Shown here in pieces: positions 9,985 to 19,513 of a stretch of DNA of 42,848 nucleotides (its first letter is position 1; every line of letters begins with the position of its first letter). A model generated the notes under the pieces. The model did not search any database. It was not told the origin of the DNA and worked only from the letters and a program-made list of their open reading frames with translations. The stretch comes from a virus. Taxonomy: Duplodnaviria; Heunggongvirae; Uroviricota; Caudoviricetes. The position numbers were made by a program, and so were the translations under genes. The DNA lies in the IMG/VR virus record IMGVR_UViG_2563366985_000002, positions 1-42,848 of that record; one strand, written 5' to 3'.

Positions 9985-10731
9985 ATGAAAAATATTGCGA
10001 CAGGCGATGTTCTTGAACGTATCCGCAGACTGGCCCCGTCACATGTAACCGCGCCATTCAAGACGGTAGCGGAGTGGCGCGAGTGGCAACTTTCCGAAGG
10101 CCAGAAACGTTGTGAGGAGATCAACCGTCAGAATCGTCAGTTGCGGGTGGAAAAAATTCTGAATCGCTCTGGCATCCAGCCATTGCACCGCAAATGCTCG
10201 TTTTCGAATTACCAGGTGCAGAACGAAGGGCAGCGATACGCGTTGAGTCAGGCGAAATCCATCGCTGATGAACTGATGACCGGGTGTACAAATTTTGCGT
10301 TCAGCGGAAAACCTGGTACCGGGAAGAACCACTTAGCGGCAGCTATCGGGAATCGCCTGCTGAAAGACGGTCAGACAGTGATTGTGGTTACCGTGGCTGA
10401 TGTTATGAGTGCCCTGCACGCCAGCTATGACGATGGGCAGTCAGGCGAAAAATTTTTGCGGGAACTGTGCGAAGTGGATCTGCTGGTTCTTGATGAAATT
10501 GGCATTCAGCGCGAGACGAAAAACGAGCAGGTGGTACTGCACCAGATTGTTGATCGCCGGACAGCGTCGATGCGCAGCGTGGGGATGCTGACAAACCTGA
10601 ACTATGAGGCCATGAAAACATTGCTCGGCGAGCGGATTATGGATCGCATGACCATGAACGGCGGGCGATGGGTGAATTTTAACTGGGAGAGCTGGCGTCC
10701 GAATGTCGTCCAGCCAGGAATTGCGAAGTAA
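9985..10731 (+). CDS. ydaV: DnaC-like helicase loader (AAA+ ATPase) YdaV
   Basis: 248 aa; Walker [16 protein letters not shown] and Walker B LLVLDEIG; recognised as Rac YdaV. Confidence 0.85.
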
Positions 10732-10753
10732 TTTTTACCGGGAGAAAAATTTA

Positions 10754-11515
10754 ATGGAGACTGTTTTTGACGCACTGAAAGCAATGGGAAAAGCCACATC
10801 CATAGAACTTGCTGCGCGACTTGATATCAGTCGTGAAGAAGTGCTGAACGAACTATGGGAACTGAAAAAGGCTGGTTTTGTTGATAAAAGCGCGTACACC
10901 TGGCGTGTGGCTGATAACAATGTTCAGCAGGAACAGCCAGCGCAGGCAGAACTGCCGGAAGAAATCACCACAGCAACAGTAGCGAAAATCTCAGAGTGCG
11001 ATTTAACCGCGACGATTGAACAACGAGGACCACAAACGGCTGATGAGCTGGCTACATTGTTTGGTACCACATCACGCAAAGTGGCTTCAACGCTGGCAAT
11101 GGCAATCAGCAAAGGTCGTCTGATTCGCGTAAATCAGGGCGGTAAATTTCGTTACTGCATACCGGGCGATAATTTACCAGCAGAGCCGAAAGCAGCATCG
11201 GTAGCGGAAACTGATGGTAAGGCCTTTCCTCAGACCGCAGGTGTTGCGTTACCAGTACAGGAGGCTGCAACACAGGAAGATATTAAAACAGAAACTGTGG
11301 CGGACATTGTGCAGTCGCTGCCATCGTTTACTGAAACGCGAGCGGATGACCTGGTTTTACCATCACTGCATATGGCAAACCGCGAACTGCGTCGGGCGAA
11401 AAATCATGTCCAGAAGTGGGAGCGTGTCTGCGCCGCGCTGCGTGAGTTGAACAAGCACAGGGATATTGTACGACAGATTACTGATTCTTCCCGCCATGTT
11501 GCATCGGAAAAGTGA
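10754..11515 (+). CDS. ydaW: YdaW-like protein, apparently intact
   Basis: ORF starting [13 protein letters not shown]... with GGAGAAA Shine-Dalgarno; follows ydaV; full-length here. Confidence 0.6.
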
Positions 11516-11530
11516 TTGCCGGAGGCACCT

Positions 11531-11908
11531 ATGGCAAAAGTATTTACACCAGAAGAGCGAGAAAAAATTAAAGGACAGGTTGTTGAACTTGTACCTCTGA
11601 GCGGTCGCGAGACGTTACGGGCTCTGGAGGCTAAAACCGGTGCATCAAGGTATTACATAAGCACTCTCGCCAGAGAACTAGTCGCCAGTGGTGATGTTTA
11701 CAATTCAGGCTACGGATTATTCCCGTCTGAGCAGGCGCGTAAAGACTGGCAAAACGCCCGCAAAAAACTATCAAGGACAAAGGTGAAGAAACCGGTTGTG
11801 GTTGATCCTGACCTTATCTGGTCATTACCAGACGGAGAAATACGCCGTTACGACAGGCGTCTGAACATAATCTGTCGCGAGTGCCTGAAGAGTGAAGTTA
11901 TGCAGTGA
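11531..11908 (+). CDS. Hypothetical nin-region protein
   Basis: ORF with GGAGG Shine-Dalgarno 5 nt before the ATG (MAKVFTPEEREKIKGQ...); no family recognised by eye. Confidence 0.45.
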   Translation: MAKVFTPEEREKIKGQVVELVPLSGRETLRALEAKTGASRYYISTLARELVASGDVYNSGYGLFPSEQARKDWQNARKKLSRTKVKKPVVVDPDLIWSLPDGEIRRYDRRLNIICRECLKSEVMQ

Positions 11909-12198
11909 ATATTGGCATTTTATCAGTGAATCATGCTGCATTTATAGGTATTTTTAGTTTAAATAGCATTGGTTCATATGTAAATTGACATTTTTATGGT
12001 ACAGGGTAGAACTAGTGTGGTTGCCTGCTTTGTGCCAGCTGCGGACATTACTTAAACAAATGCTGTATTATTTTATCGGTAAAGGTGGTAAAGAGTGGCC
12101 CTGAAGTGTCAAGATAATTATTAGCAGTATATATCATGCAAGAACCCATTTAATTTAGGCATGAAATTAATTTTAAAAAAGTAGAGGATTCCAATTAT

Positions 12199-13881
12199 AT
12201 GGCCAAACAGTTTATGTTAATGGAACCAAAAAATGAGAACTTCAATGAATTAATTGGAGGGTCAAATAAGTACATTGTTCCTAGATTCCAGCGAGACTAT
12301 GCTTGGGATGTAGAACAATGGGAGGACCTTTGGAGTGATGTTACAGCACTTGATGATGAAGGTTTTCATTATATGGGATATATAGTTCTTCAACAAAAAG
12401 AACAGTATCAACATGAGGTCATTGACGGTCAACAACGATTAGTAACCTTGTCGATTATAGTTCTAGCAGCCATGAAAGCCATTAAAAACTTGATAGATAA
12501 AGGAGAGGAGGTTGAACAAAACACAGAGCGACTTGATGCAATAACAAAGACATTTGTGGGTAACAAAAACTTCGTTTCATTAAAGGTGGTTAGCAAGCTA
12601 GATTTAAATAGAAATAATAAAAGATATTTTCAAAGCATCTGTTCAAACTTAGAAGCTCCTAATACTCGTGGAACTACATCTACAAATAAGCTACTCAAGA
12701 AATGCTTTGATTTTTTCCAAAAGAAGGAGTTCGGTAATACCGGCGCTGAGATCGCACAGTTTATTGCCGATTTTTCTTCGAGTATGGTTTTTACAAAAAT
12801 AGTTGTTCAAGATGATTTAAATGCATACAAAGTATTTGAAACTTTAAATGCGAGAGGAGTCCAGTTATCCACGCCAGATCTCTTAAAAAACTATTTGTTT
12901 TCGATAGTAACTAAGGATGAGAAAATCGGAGATGAGGAATTAGATGAGTTAGATGAGCAATGGTCGGAGATTATCGATCAGTTGGGAGAAAGCAATGTTT
13001 CTGATTACATTAGGTATCATCATAATTCTCATAGAAAAATGGTCACAAAAAATAATTTATACACTTCAATGAGAAAAGTAATTACAACCCCTAAAGAAGC
13101 ATACGATTATTTAAGATCACTGATAAATTCCGCACCTATTTATGCATCATTGATTAACCCGAATGATTCATGGTGGGCAGAGCAAGATACTAAATACAAG
13201 AAGGCCATTCATTATCTGAACGGCATTAGACTCTTTAATATTAGACAGCCATTAACAGTATTGCTATCAGCTTTTAATCAATTCAATCCAGATGAGTTCG
13301 TCAGCCTGACTCGTTATTTATATATTTTATCAATTAGATACAATGTTATTTGTCATTTATCACCAAGTGAACAAGAAAGCATGTATAATCAAATTGCGAT
13401 TAAGATCTCCAATAAGGAATACAAGAGAGCTAGCAATGTGAAAAATGGGGAGGAGTTTAAGAGGTTATATCCTGATGATAACGTGTTCTTTAATGCTTTT
13501 GAATTTCATCGAATGCCAAGTAGACAAACAGCCAAAAAAATTAGATTTCTCTTGGCTGAAATTGAACAATATCTTGGTAATAATTGCGATCATGAAAAAG
13601 TTACACTCGAACATATTTGTCCATTTAACCCAGAGAAGGGGTGGTGCAATTCGTTTGGGGAGGGGGTTAATGACGTAAAGGATAGGTTAGGAAATATGGT
13701 TTTGATGGATAAAGATAATCTAAAAAGAGCTTCATTTGAAGTGAAGAAAAATGAATATGGAAAATCAAAGTATAAATTAGCGGCTAAGATTACACAGTAT
13801 CCTGAATGGAATTTAGAGGCTGTCAATGATTTTCAAAAATGGATGTCGGAACAAGCAGTAAATGTATGGAAAGTTGGTTAA
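12199..13881 (+). CDS. DUF262/DUF1524 two-domain nuclease, GmrSD-family-like (putative type IV restriction / anti-phage defence)
   Basis: 560 aa; N-terminal DUF262 signature (FQRDYAW ... VIDGQQRLVT); C-terminal His-Me finger-like DUF1524 region (EKVTLEHICPF...N); gene markedly AT-rich relative to flanking prophage DNA. Confidence 0.75.
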   Translation: MAKQFMLMEPKNENFNELIGGSNKYIVPRFQRDYAWDVEQWEDLWSDVTALDDEGFHYMGYIVLQQKEQYQHEVIDGQQRLVTLSIIVLAAMKAIKNLIDKGEEVEQNTERLDAITKTFVGNKNFVSLKVVSKLDLNRNNKRYFQSICSNLEAPNTRGTTSTNKLLKKCFDFFQKKEFGNTGAEIAQFIADFSSSMVFTKIVVQDDLNAYKVFETLNARGVQLSTPDLLKNYLFSIVTKDEKIGDEELDELDEQWSEIIDQLGESNVSDYIRYHHNSHRKMVTKNNLYTSMRKVITTPKEAYDYLRSLINSAPIYASLINPNDSWWAEQDTKYKKAIHYLNGIRLFNIRQPLTVLLSAFNQFNPDEFVSLTRYLYILSIRYNVICHLSPSEQESMYNQIAIKISNKEYKRASNVKNGEEFKRLYPDDNVFFNAFEFHRMPSRQTAKKIRFLLAEIEQYLGNNCDHEKVTLEHICPFNPEKGWCNSFGEGVNDVKDRLGNMVLMDKDNLKRASFEVKKNEYGKSKYKLAAKITQYPEWNLEAVNDFQKWMSEQAVNVWKVG

Positions 13882-14003
13882 TCTATCAATAAAACATAGG
13901 CGTAAGTGGGATGTTTTACTGACAGTTTGATGAGTCATGGATATCCTGCTAGGCCTACAACATGTCTTCAATTATATCATTACGAGATAGGCTCGATATT
14001 AAC

Positions 14004-14029
14004 AAGTCCGCTCCTCGCTCAAAGCGGAC
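14004..14029 (+). repeat. 26-bp repeat copy 1 (AAGTCCGCTCCTCGCTCAAAGCGGAC), contains GTCCGC/GCGGAC hairpin
   Basis: Matches 15529-15554 at 22 of 26 positions; lies 3' of the DUF262/DUF1524 gene. Confidence 0.6.
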
Positions 14030-14408
14030 CTTTCTTTTGCATCTACCTTTTACTTTTCCCCTTTCTTCCGTATCTACTTTTCCCATGTATACGATTAATC
14101 CACCCAGATACGACTTTAGCATTTTTCAGCTCTGCCGAGAAGAAAAAGGCGTGATTGTCAAAATTTAACGAAAACAAGCAGATTGTTGCGGATGGCGATT
14201 TTTTGTTTTCTTGGATGAAAAATGTGCATATTTTTGCTAAAAGTGGTTAAATATGTCTAACGGCGAATTAGCGACGAAGCGATACTCAGATTTTCAACCA
14301 GAACGTTCGTCTGGCCTTAGATAGAATGGACATTTTTGGATCCACTTTGTCCACGGAGGGCCATATAAGTGCCAACGTTTTAAAAAAGCTACTCAGGAGT
14401 ATTTATAA

Positions 14409-15458
14409 ATGGGATTTATTTCACAACTATTCAATTTGCTTACCTCCAGGATAACTTCTGCAAAAACAATGACGCCTTCAAGTTTGCATGAGTTAACAGC
14501 TAACATAACTCCTAAACTCAAGAAACAAAACGGAAATATATCAATCGAAAACGATTGGCTTACTATTGATTCTCCTTATTTTTTTGGACAAGCGTATCTG
14601 TCTGCAAACAAACATTGGGTTGTAGGCTGTAGTGACTTTGATGGCAATGGAAGGGGAGGGCACCGGGAAAGTGGATTTGGAACAGTTGTTTTAGTTAATA
14701 AACCAACTTTTCGTATCCTTCATAAGCTCAGAACTATTGCCCGACCATTTAATGCTGCTGTCGCTGACACAGGTGATTATATTGTTCATGACGCTGGATT
14801 TGGTTCTGCGCTGCAAGCTGATTTGATTGCTATTGATGTTGAAGGAAATGAAAAGTTTAGACGTCATTATGAAGCAAATATCTATAATATCGGAATTTCT
14901 CATTGTGGTAAATACGCATCGGTTCAGACAGCCGCAGCGCCCGGTAAAGATGGAAATATCCTTGAGGTAATAAATCTGTGGTCAAAAACAACAATATTTT
15001 CCATTAAACCTGAGTATGGATGGGCTGATAGTTATTTCTTCGATCTCGATGAAAATGGGGGGCTAAGATCGCTGAAAGTGAAATGCAAAAATATTGGATA
15101 CTTCAGATACACTGCCATCGGTATTCCCATTGACGTGGAAGCGTATAAAGATGCTTGTCTATATAAAGGAAATTTCAACCTTAAAGTAGAGGCCGCGAGA
15201 GCGCTTTTAAGAGAACATCCCAGTGAGAAGAATGCTCAAAAAGCATTGAAAGCAATTGAAATGGCTCTTAATGAAGGAGCGAAAGACCGAACTGACTGGG
15301 CTGCAGCCGCATTTCGCATCAAAGGTGAAGCAAATGATTTACTTGGTAACTTTAGTGATGCTCTTGATGCCTATGAAAAAGCTTTGAGCTTTAATCCAAA
15401 AATAGGGGTTCAGAGACGAGTTAATGCTCTGCGTAAAAAATTACAGAGATTAAAATAA
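14409..15458 (+). CDS. Hypothetical protein, beta-rich N-domain with C-terminal TPR-like repeat
   Basis: 349-aa ORF with AGGAG Shine-Dalgarno; C-terminus AAAAFRIKGEANDLLGNFSDALDAYEKALSFNPK fits a TPR repeat; no catalytic motif recognised. Confidence 0.6.
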   Translation: MGFISQLFNLLTSRITSAKTMTPSSLHELTANITPKLKKQNGNISIENDWLTIDSPYFFGQAYLSANKHWVVGCSDFDGNGRGGHRESGFGTVVLVNKPTFRILHKLRTIARPFNAAVADTGDYIVHDAGFGSALQADLIAIDVEGNEKFRRHYEANIYNIGISHCGKYASVQTAAAPGKDGNILEVINLWSKTTIFSIKPEYGWADSYFFDLDENGGLRSLKVKCKNIGYFRYTAIGIPIDVEAYKDACLYKGNFNLKVEAARALLREHPSEKNAQKALKAIEMALNEGAKDRTDWAAAAFRIKGEANDLLGNFSDALDAYEKALSFNPKIGVQRRVNALRKKLQRLK

Positions 15459-15528
15459 AACCAGCAAGTATCACGATAGAGAAATTTTTTCGGAACTACC
15501 TGTAGTGATTATGTTTCTATATACACCA

Positions 15529-15554
15529 AAGTTAGCTCCTCGTTCAAAGCAGAC
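15529..15554 (+). repeat. 26-bp repeat copy 2 (AAGTTAGCTCCTCGTTCAAAGCAGAC)
   Basis: Matches 14004-14029 at 22 of 26 positions; lies 3' of the 349-aa gene. Confidence 0.6.
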
Positions 15555-16032
15555 TAGATGTTGGCTTCCGTCGGACTTGGCGTATTTAAAGAAGTGCTGG
15601 TAGTGACTGGTTGTTGTATTCCATTTCTACAGAACAAAATCACAGAAACTATACCCAATAGTTGTATTGAATCACTGACGAGACAGCCTCATATTTATCA
15701 GGGCAGGTGCACGTCCAATACAGGAGGTTGTCGTGCTGGTTCTCAAGTGTGCGTTGGCTATTGCGGCTGTGGTGGCAATTTATTGTCTTGCTATTGTTCT
15801 TATGGATCGCCTTTCTGATTGATTTCATATTGGCGAAGTAAAGGGGGTTAAATAGTATGGCTGCGGGGGCTTGAGGCTATCTGCCTTGGGCATGAAAACC
15901 AAAGGCAGATAGAAAAAGTCCCAGTTGATATTACGCATCCGGCAAGAGGCTTAACATTAATCTGGGGCCCAATCTATGCCTTACAAACGTAGGTTAGTCT
16001 CTTACGTGCTGAAAGGCAAGAAGAAGCGGGCT

Positions 16033-16188
16033 ATGAAGCAGCAAAAGGCGATGTTAATCACCCTGATCGTCATCTGTTTAACCGTTATAGTGACGGTACT
16101 GGTAACGAGGAAAGACCTCTGCGAGGTACGAATCCGAACCGACCAGACGGAGGTCGCTGTCTTCACAGCTTACGAACTTGGGGAGTAA
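16033..16188 (+). CDS. hok: Hok/Gef-family type I toxin (membrane peptide)
   Basis: 51-aa product MKQQKAMLITLIVICLTVIVTVLVTRKDLCEVRIRTDQTEVAVFTAYELGE, closely resembling HokD/RelF; the six-frame ORF carries a 19-codon in-frame upstream extension. Confidence 0.8.
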   Translation: MKQQKAMLITLIVICLTVIVTVLVTRKDLCEVRIRTDQTEVAVFTAYELGE

Positions 16189-16200
16189 GAGGACCAGCGG

Positions 16201-16210
16201 GGAGAAATCC
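16201..16210 (+). repeat. IS186 target-site duplication, left copy (GGAGAAATCC)
   Basis: Identical 10-mer abuts both IS186 termini. Confidence 0.75.
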
Positions 16211-17549
16211 CATAAGCGCTAACTTAAGGGTTGAACCATCTGAAGAATGCGACGCCTCGGTGCCTCGTTAAGACGATGCCTCGCGTTCTTCAATTGCGTT
16301 TTGTAGGCTGTCAGGGATACTGTCCCACGAATGGCCACCTGTAAGCTCCAGATGACCATTTTTGTTATTCTCCACAACGAGTTAGTTCTTCTTTTCGGAT
16401 CCGGCACTTCTGGGGGGGAAATCCAGCGATGGCTGGATTATGTCGTCAATTAAAAATGCGGCGAGTAGATTAGCAAATATCCACGCTTTCGCGAGTTCAG
16501 GTTCCTTTGCACGCAAAGCATCCAGGTGCAGCAAACTTTTGAGCCGCTTAAAAGCCAGTTCAATTTGCCATCGCAGACGGTAACAATCAGCCACTTGCTC
16601 TGCTGAATATTCATCTTCCGGTAATGATGTTAGCAATAGCACATGGCCCGCTGCTTCCAGCGTTTCCGCCTGAACTACTCGTCCTTTTCGACGATTCTCG
16701 CTGAGCAGTCGGGTTTTACTGATTAATGCTTTTTCGGGAGGAAGTGATACGGCAATGAGACGTGCCGGAAAGGGAGCTCCGGCTTTTTTATTACCTGAAT
16801 TGCCTATCATTACAGTGGTTTCACCGTTCTTACCGCAATCCAGCCCGCGCAGAAAACCCATCATGTCAAAGCGCATTCCTTCTGCAGTTAACCAGCGCAA
16901 TCCTCGCCAGTGAACCCGGACGATATAATCAGCTTCTCCAAAAGCAAGTGAGCGGATACATTCGGGACGCGAACCGAATCCCCGGTCAGCAATGCGTATC
17001 TCGTCTGCCGTTTGCGCAAATCGGTCCAGCCGTTCAGCGTCTCTGCTGTCGGTTAGCTCAAAATCAGTGAACTGACAGGTATGAGGATCATATCCCATAT
17101 GTAGTCGCCATTCAGCGCTGCCGCCCCCGGGCGCACTGATTGCTGTTCCATCGACAAGACGCAATCTCTTTCCGCTTGTACAACCCGTAACTGCGGCGCG
17201 TACAGCAAGTGTTTGTGCGGCAAGTATGCCAAACCAGTCGGCGGCATTCCGCAGCCGCTTCAGGAGAGCCACGTCAGATAATGTTGCAACGTCATGGAGC
17301 TGAGCCCATGCAGTGACTTCACGTAATGACATCCCCCCGGGGCCGTAAGCCAGCCCCAGACGTAGCAGAGTTGCAGCATCACGAATTTCGCGGCGGCGGG
17401 TTAGAGCCCCGGCATTACGTGCCGAAGTATCCAGTTCTTCGGGCTTACCAATATGGGCCAGAATTGCTGACCAGTTATCGTGAGAGTAATTCATCGGCAC
17501 GTTAAATCATATCAGGCGTAATACCACAACCCTTAAGTTAGCGCTTATG
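16211..17549 (-). mobile_element. IS186 (IS4 family), complete copy
   Basis: 23-bp perfect terminal inverted repeats CATAAGCGCTAACTTAAGGGTTG at 16211-16233 and reverse-complemented at 17527-17549; encloses the transposase ORF; flanked by a 10-bp direct repeat. Confidence 0.85.
16382..17500 (-). CDS. insL: IS186 transposase
   Basis: 372-aa ORF (start possibly 2 codons in, at MNYSHDNW) recognised as IS186 InsL transposase. Confidence 0.9.
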   Translation of the reverse strand: MPMNYSHDNWSAILAHIGKPEELDTSARNAGALTRRREIRDAATLLRLGLAYGPGGMSLREVTAWAQLHDVATLSDVALLKRLRNAADWFGILAAQTLAVRAAVTGCTSGKRLRLVDGTAISAPGGGSAEWRLHMGYDPHTCQFTDFELTDSRDAERLDRFAQTADEIRIADRGFGSRPECIRSLAFGEADYIVRVHWRGLRWLTAEGMRFDMMGFLRGLDCGKNGETTVMIGNSGNKKAGAPFPARLIAVSLPPEKALISKTRLLSENRRKGRVVQAETLEAAGHVLLLTSLPEDEYSAEQVADCYRLRWQIELAFKRLKSLLHLDALRAKEPELAKAWIFANLLAAFLIDDIIQPSLDFPPRSAGSEKKN

Positions 17550-17559
17550 GGAGAAATCC
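17550..17559 (+). repeat. IS186 target-site duplication, right copy (GGAGAAATCC)
   Basis: Identical to 16201-16210. Confidence 0.75.
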
Positions 17560-18000
17560 CCGCAACCTCTGATGTATTATGCATCCTCAACGCAGCCACA
17601 GTTAACCTGATTGGCGGGTTTACTTCATCTGTAAATATTTTTATAAAAATAATGCCCACGCACAGCATAAAACAAAAAGTATTACAGATAAAAAAGGAAC
17701 GTAATGTACAGATTTGTTGTTTTCCATATTTACTCACCTTAATATGATTAACCCTGATAGGGCTGTTATTTCAGCAGTTTTCAAATGAGATATTATGGTG
17801 ATCTGACAAATTTGCATAACATTAAAATTTAATTTGTTTAACCGCTTTTAATAATAAGCGTTGTTTGTATCCCAGCAATCTGTTGTTTGGTTTTTATTCC
17901 ATTAAGGTGGGGGCTTTACACTGGAACCAGTTTATTTATACTTTATACGTCAGCCTGAACAACTGGCATCTGCTGCACTGCGCCATCGAGAGATTGAGAA

Positions 18001-18600
18001 ATGGCGCATATACAACTGGTCAAACAAACTTCTTCTGGTTTACTTCTCCCGGCGACGCCGGAGAGTTGCGATTTTCTGCATCAAATCAAAATAGGTGAGT
18101 GGATACACGCAGACTTTAAGCGTGTGCGTAACTACGCATTCCACAAGCGTTTTTTCAAACTCCTGCAACTGGGATTCGATTACTGGACTCCGGTCGGTGG
18201 GGCGATCACGCCTCGCGAACGAGAACTGCTGTCTGGTTTCGTTGATTACCTGTGCGAATCAGTTGGTCGGGAACACACGCCAGCCCTGAGTGATGCCGCA
18301 GAGCAATACCTTAACACCGTTGCGACTCGTAGAACCCGGGATACGGCGTTGCTAAAGTCGTTTGAGGCTTTCCGCGAGTGGGTAACCATTCAGGCCGGAT
18401 TTTACACCGAGCATATTTATCCGGACGGTAGCCGTGGGCGTCGGGCAAAATCCATCGCTTTTGCGAATATGGACGAAGTCGAGTTTCAGCAGGTTTATAA
18501 ATCTGTACTGAATGTGCTGTGGAACTGGATTCTGTTCCGTAAATTCTCCTCTCAGGAGGAAGTTGAAAATGTGGCCGCACAACTACTGGAGTTTGCGTAA
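18001..18600 (+). CDS. Phage nin-region protein (DUF1367-like, tentative)
   Basis: 199-aa ORF immediately upstream of and abutting the ybcO-like gene; family assignment from memory only. Confidence 0.45.
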   Translation: MAHIQLVKQTSSGLLLPATPESCDFLHQIKIGEWIHADFKRVRNYAFHKRFFKLLQLGFDYWTPVGGAITPRERELLSGFVDYLCESVGREHTPALSDAAEQYLNTVATRRTRDTALLKSFEAFREWVTIQAGFYTEHIYPDGSRGRRAKSIAFANMDEVEFQQVYKSVLNVLWNWILFRKFSSQEEVENVAAQLLEFA

Positions 18601-18890
18601 TGGTGAATTTACGTAAAGCGGCTAAAGGCCAGATGTGCCAGATCAGAATCCCTGGCTACTGCAATCACAATCCCGAAACCTCTGTGCTGGCGCATTACAG
18701 GCTGGCGGGGACGTGCGGAACAGCGACAAAACCACACGATATGCAGGCGGCGATAGCCTGTAGCTCATGCCACGATCTAATCGACGGGCGGGTAAAAACC
18801 AGCGATTACACCAAAGAAGAATTGCGCCTGATGCATGCTGAAGGGGGTTTTCGCACACAAGAAATCTGGAGAAAGAAAGGTCATTTATGA
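18600..18890 (+). CDS. YbcO-like protein (DUF1364, putative nuclease with Cys/His metal site)
   Basis: 96 aa; CQIRIPGYC ... CSSCHDLID motif pattern as in DLP12 YbcO; ATGA overlap with the preceding gene. Confidence 0.6.
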   Translation: MVNLRKAAKGQMCQIRIPGYCNHNPETSVLAHYRLAGTCGTATKPHDMQAAIACSSCHDLIDGRVKTSDYTKEELRLMHAEGGFRTQEIWRKKGHL

Positions 18891-19429
18891 TTTACCCAAC
18901 AAATACAGGTAAAAGCGGGGAACACCTTCGTCTCACCACGCTGGAAAGTGTCTGGATTCAGGGAAAACTGCGCATGTGGGGGCGCTGGTCGTATATTGGC
19001 GGCGGTAAGACGGGGAATATGTTCAACCAGTTGTTGGGCTCTAAAAAGCTGACAAAAACGGCAATTAACGAGGCGCTCCGGAGGATGAAAAAAGCAGGTC
19101 TGAACAAGTCTGAACTTGAGGCTTTTTTGCGGGATATGATTAACGGTAAGCAAAAGAGCTGGCTGGCGCATTGTACTGATGCAGAGGCGTTATGTATTGA
19201 TCGGGTCATAAGTGAGGTGCTGGCAGAGCATCCAGGATTGATTAGCGTCCTTCGGCAACGGTATGAGGGGCGGGGGATGACCAAACGCAAAATGGCTGAA
19301 TTGCTAAATGATGCACACCCAGAGTGGTGTTTTAGCACATGCGAAAAGCGAATTGCTAATTGGTTAGCCGTTGCTGAATATGCCCTGTATATTCCCATGC
19401 GAGAATCATTTGCTCAAAAAATAGCTTGA
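18887..19429 (+). CDS. Putative late-gene antiterminator (Q-like) by position
   Basis: 180-aa ORF directly upstream of a short terminator, the tRNAs and the lysis cassette; assignment positional, sequence family not confirmed. Confidence 0.4.
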   Translation: MIYPTNTGKSGEHLRLTTLESVWIQGKLRMWGRWSYIGGGKTGNMFNQLLGSKKLTKTAINEALRRMKKAGLNKSELEAFLRDMINGKQKSWLAHCTDAEALCIDRVISEVLAEHPGLISVLRQRYEGRGMTKRKMAELLNDAHPEWCFSTCEKRIANWLAVAEYALYIPMRESFAQKIA

Positions 19430-19513
19430 TTTTTTACGCATAAATTGCTTCAATTCCGGTATGCTTCGCAAAGCTGTATCGCGAGGCGAACCAAGCGCAT
19501 GAACTTTACCAGA

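Noticed and set aside
13906-14168. Two overlapping plus-strand ORFs (82 and 68 aa) in the intergenic region after the nuclease gene
   Set aside because: No Shine-Dalgarno, Pro/Leu/Phe-rich low-complexity products; the region contains the 26-bp repeat and hairpin and is more likely non-coding.
15976-16032. Treating the in-frame 19-codon extension upstream of hok as a separate mok gene
   Set aside because: It is in the same frame as hok, so it is an extension rather than an overlapping gene; whether the upstream ATG is used cannot be decided from sequence.
16762-17247. Plus-strand 102-aa and minus-strand 64-aa ORFs inside IS186
   Set aside because: Nested in or antisense to the IS186 transposase frame; IS186 encodes a single transposase.
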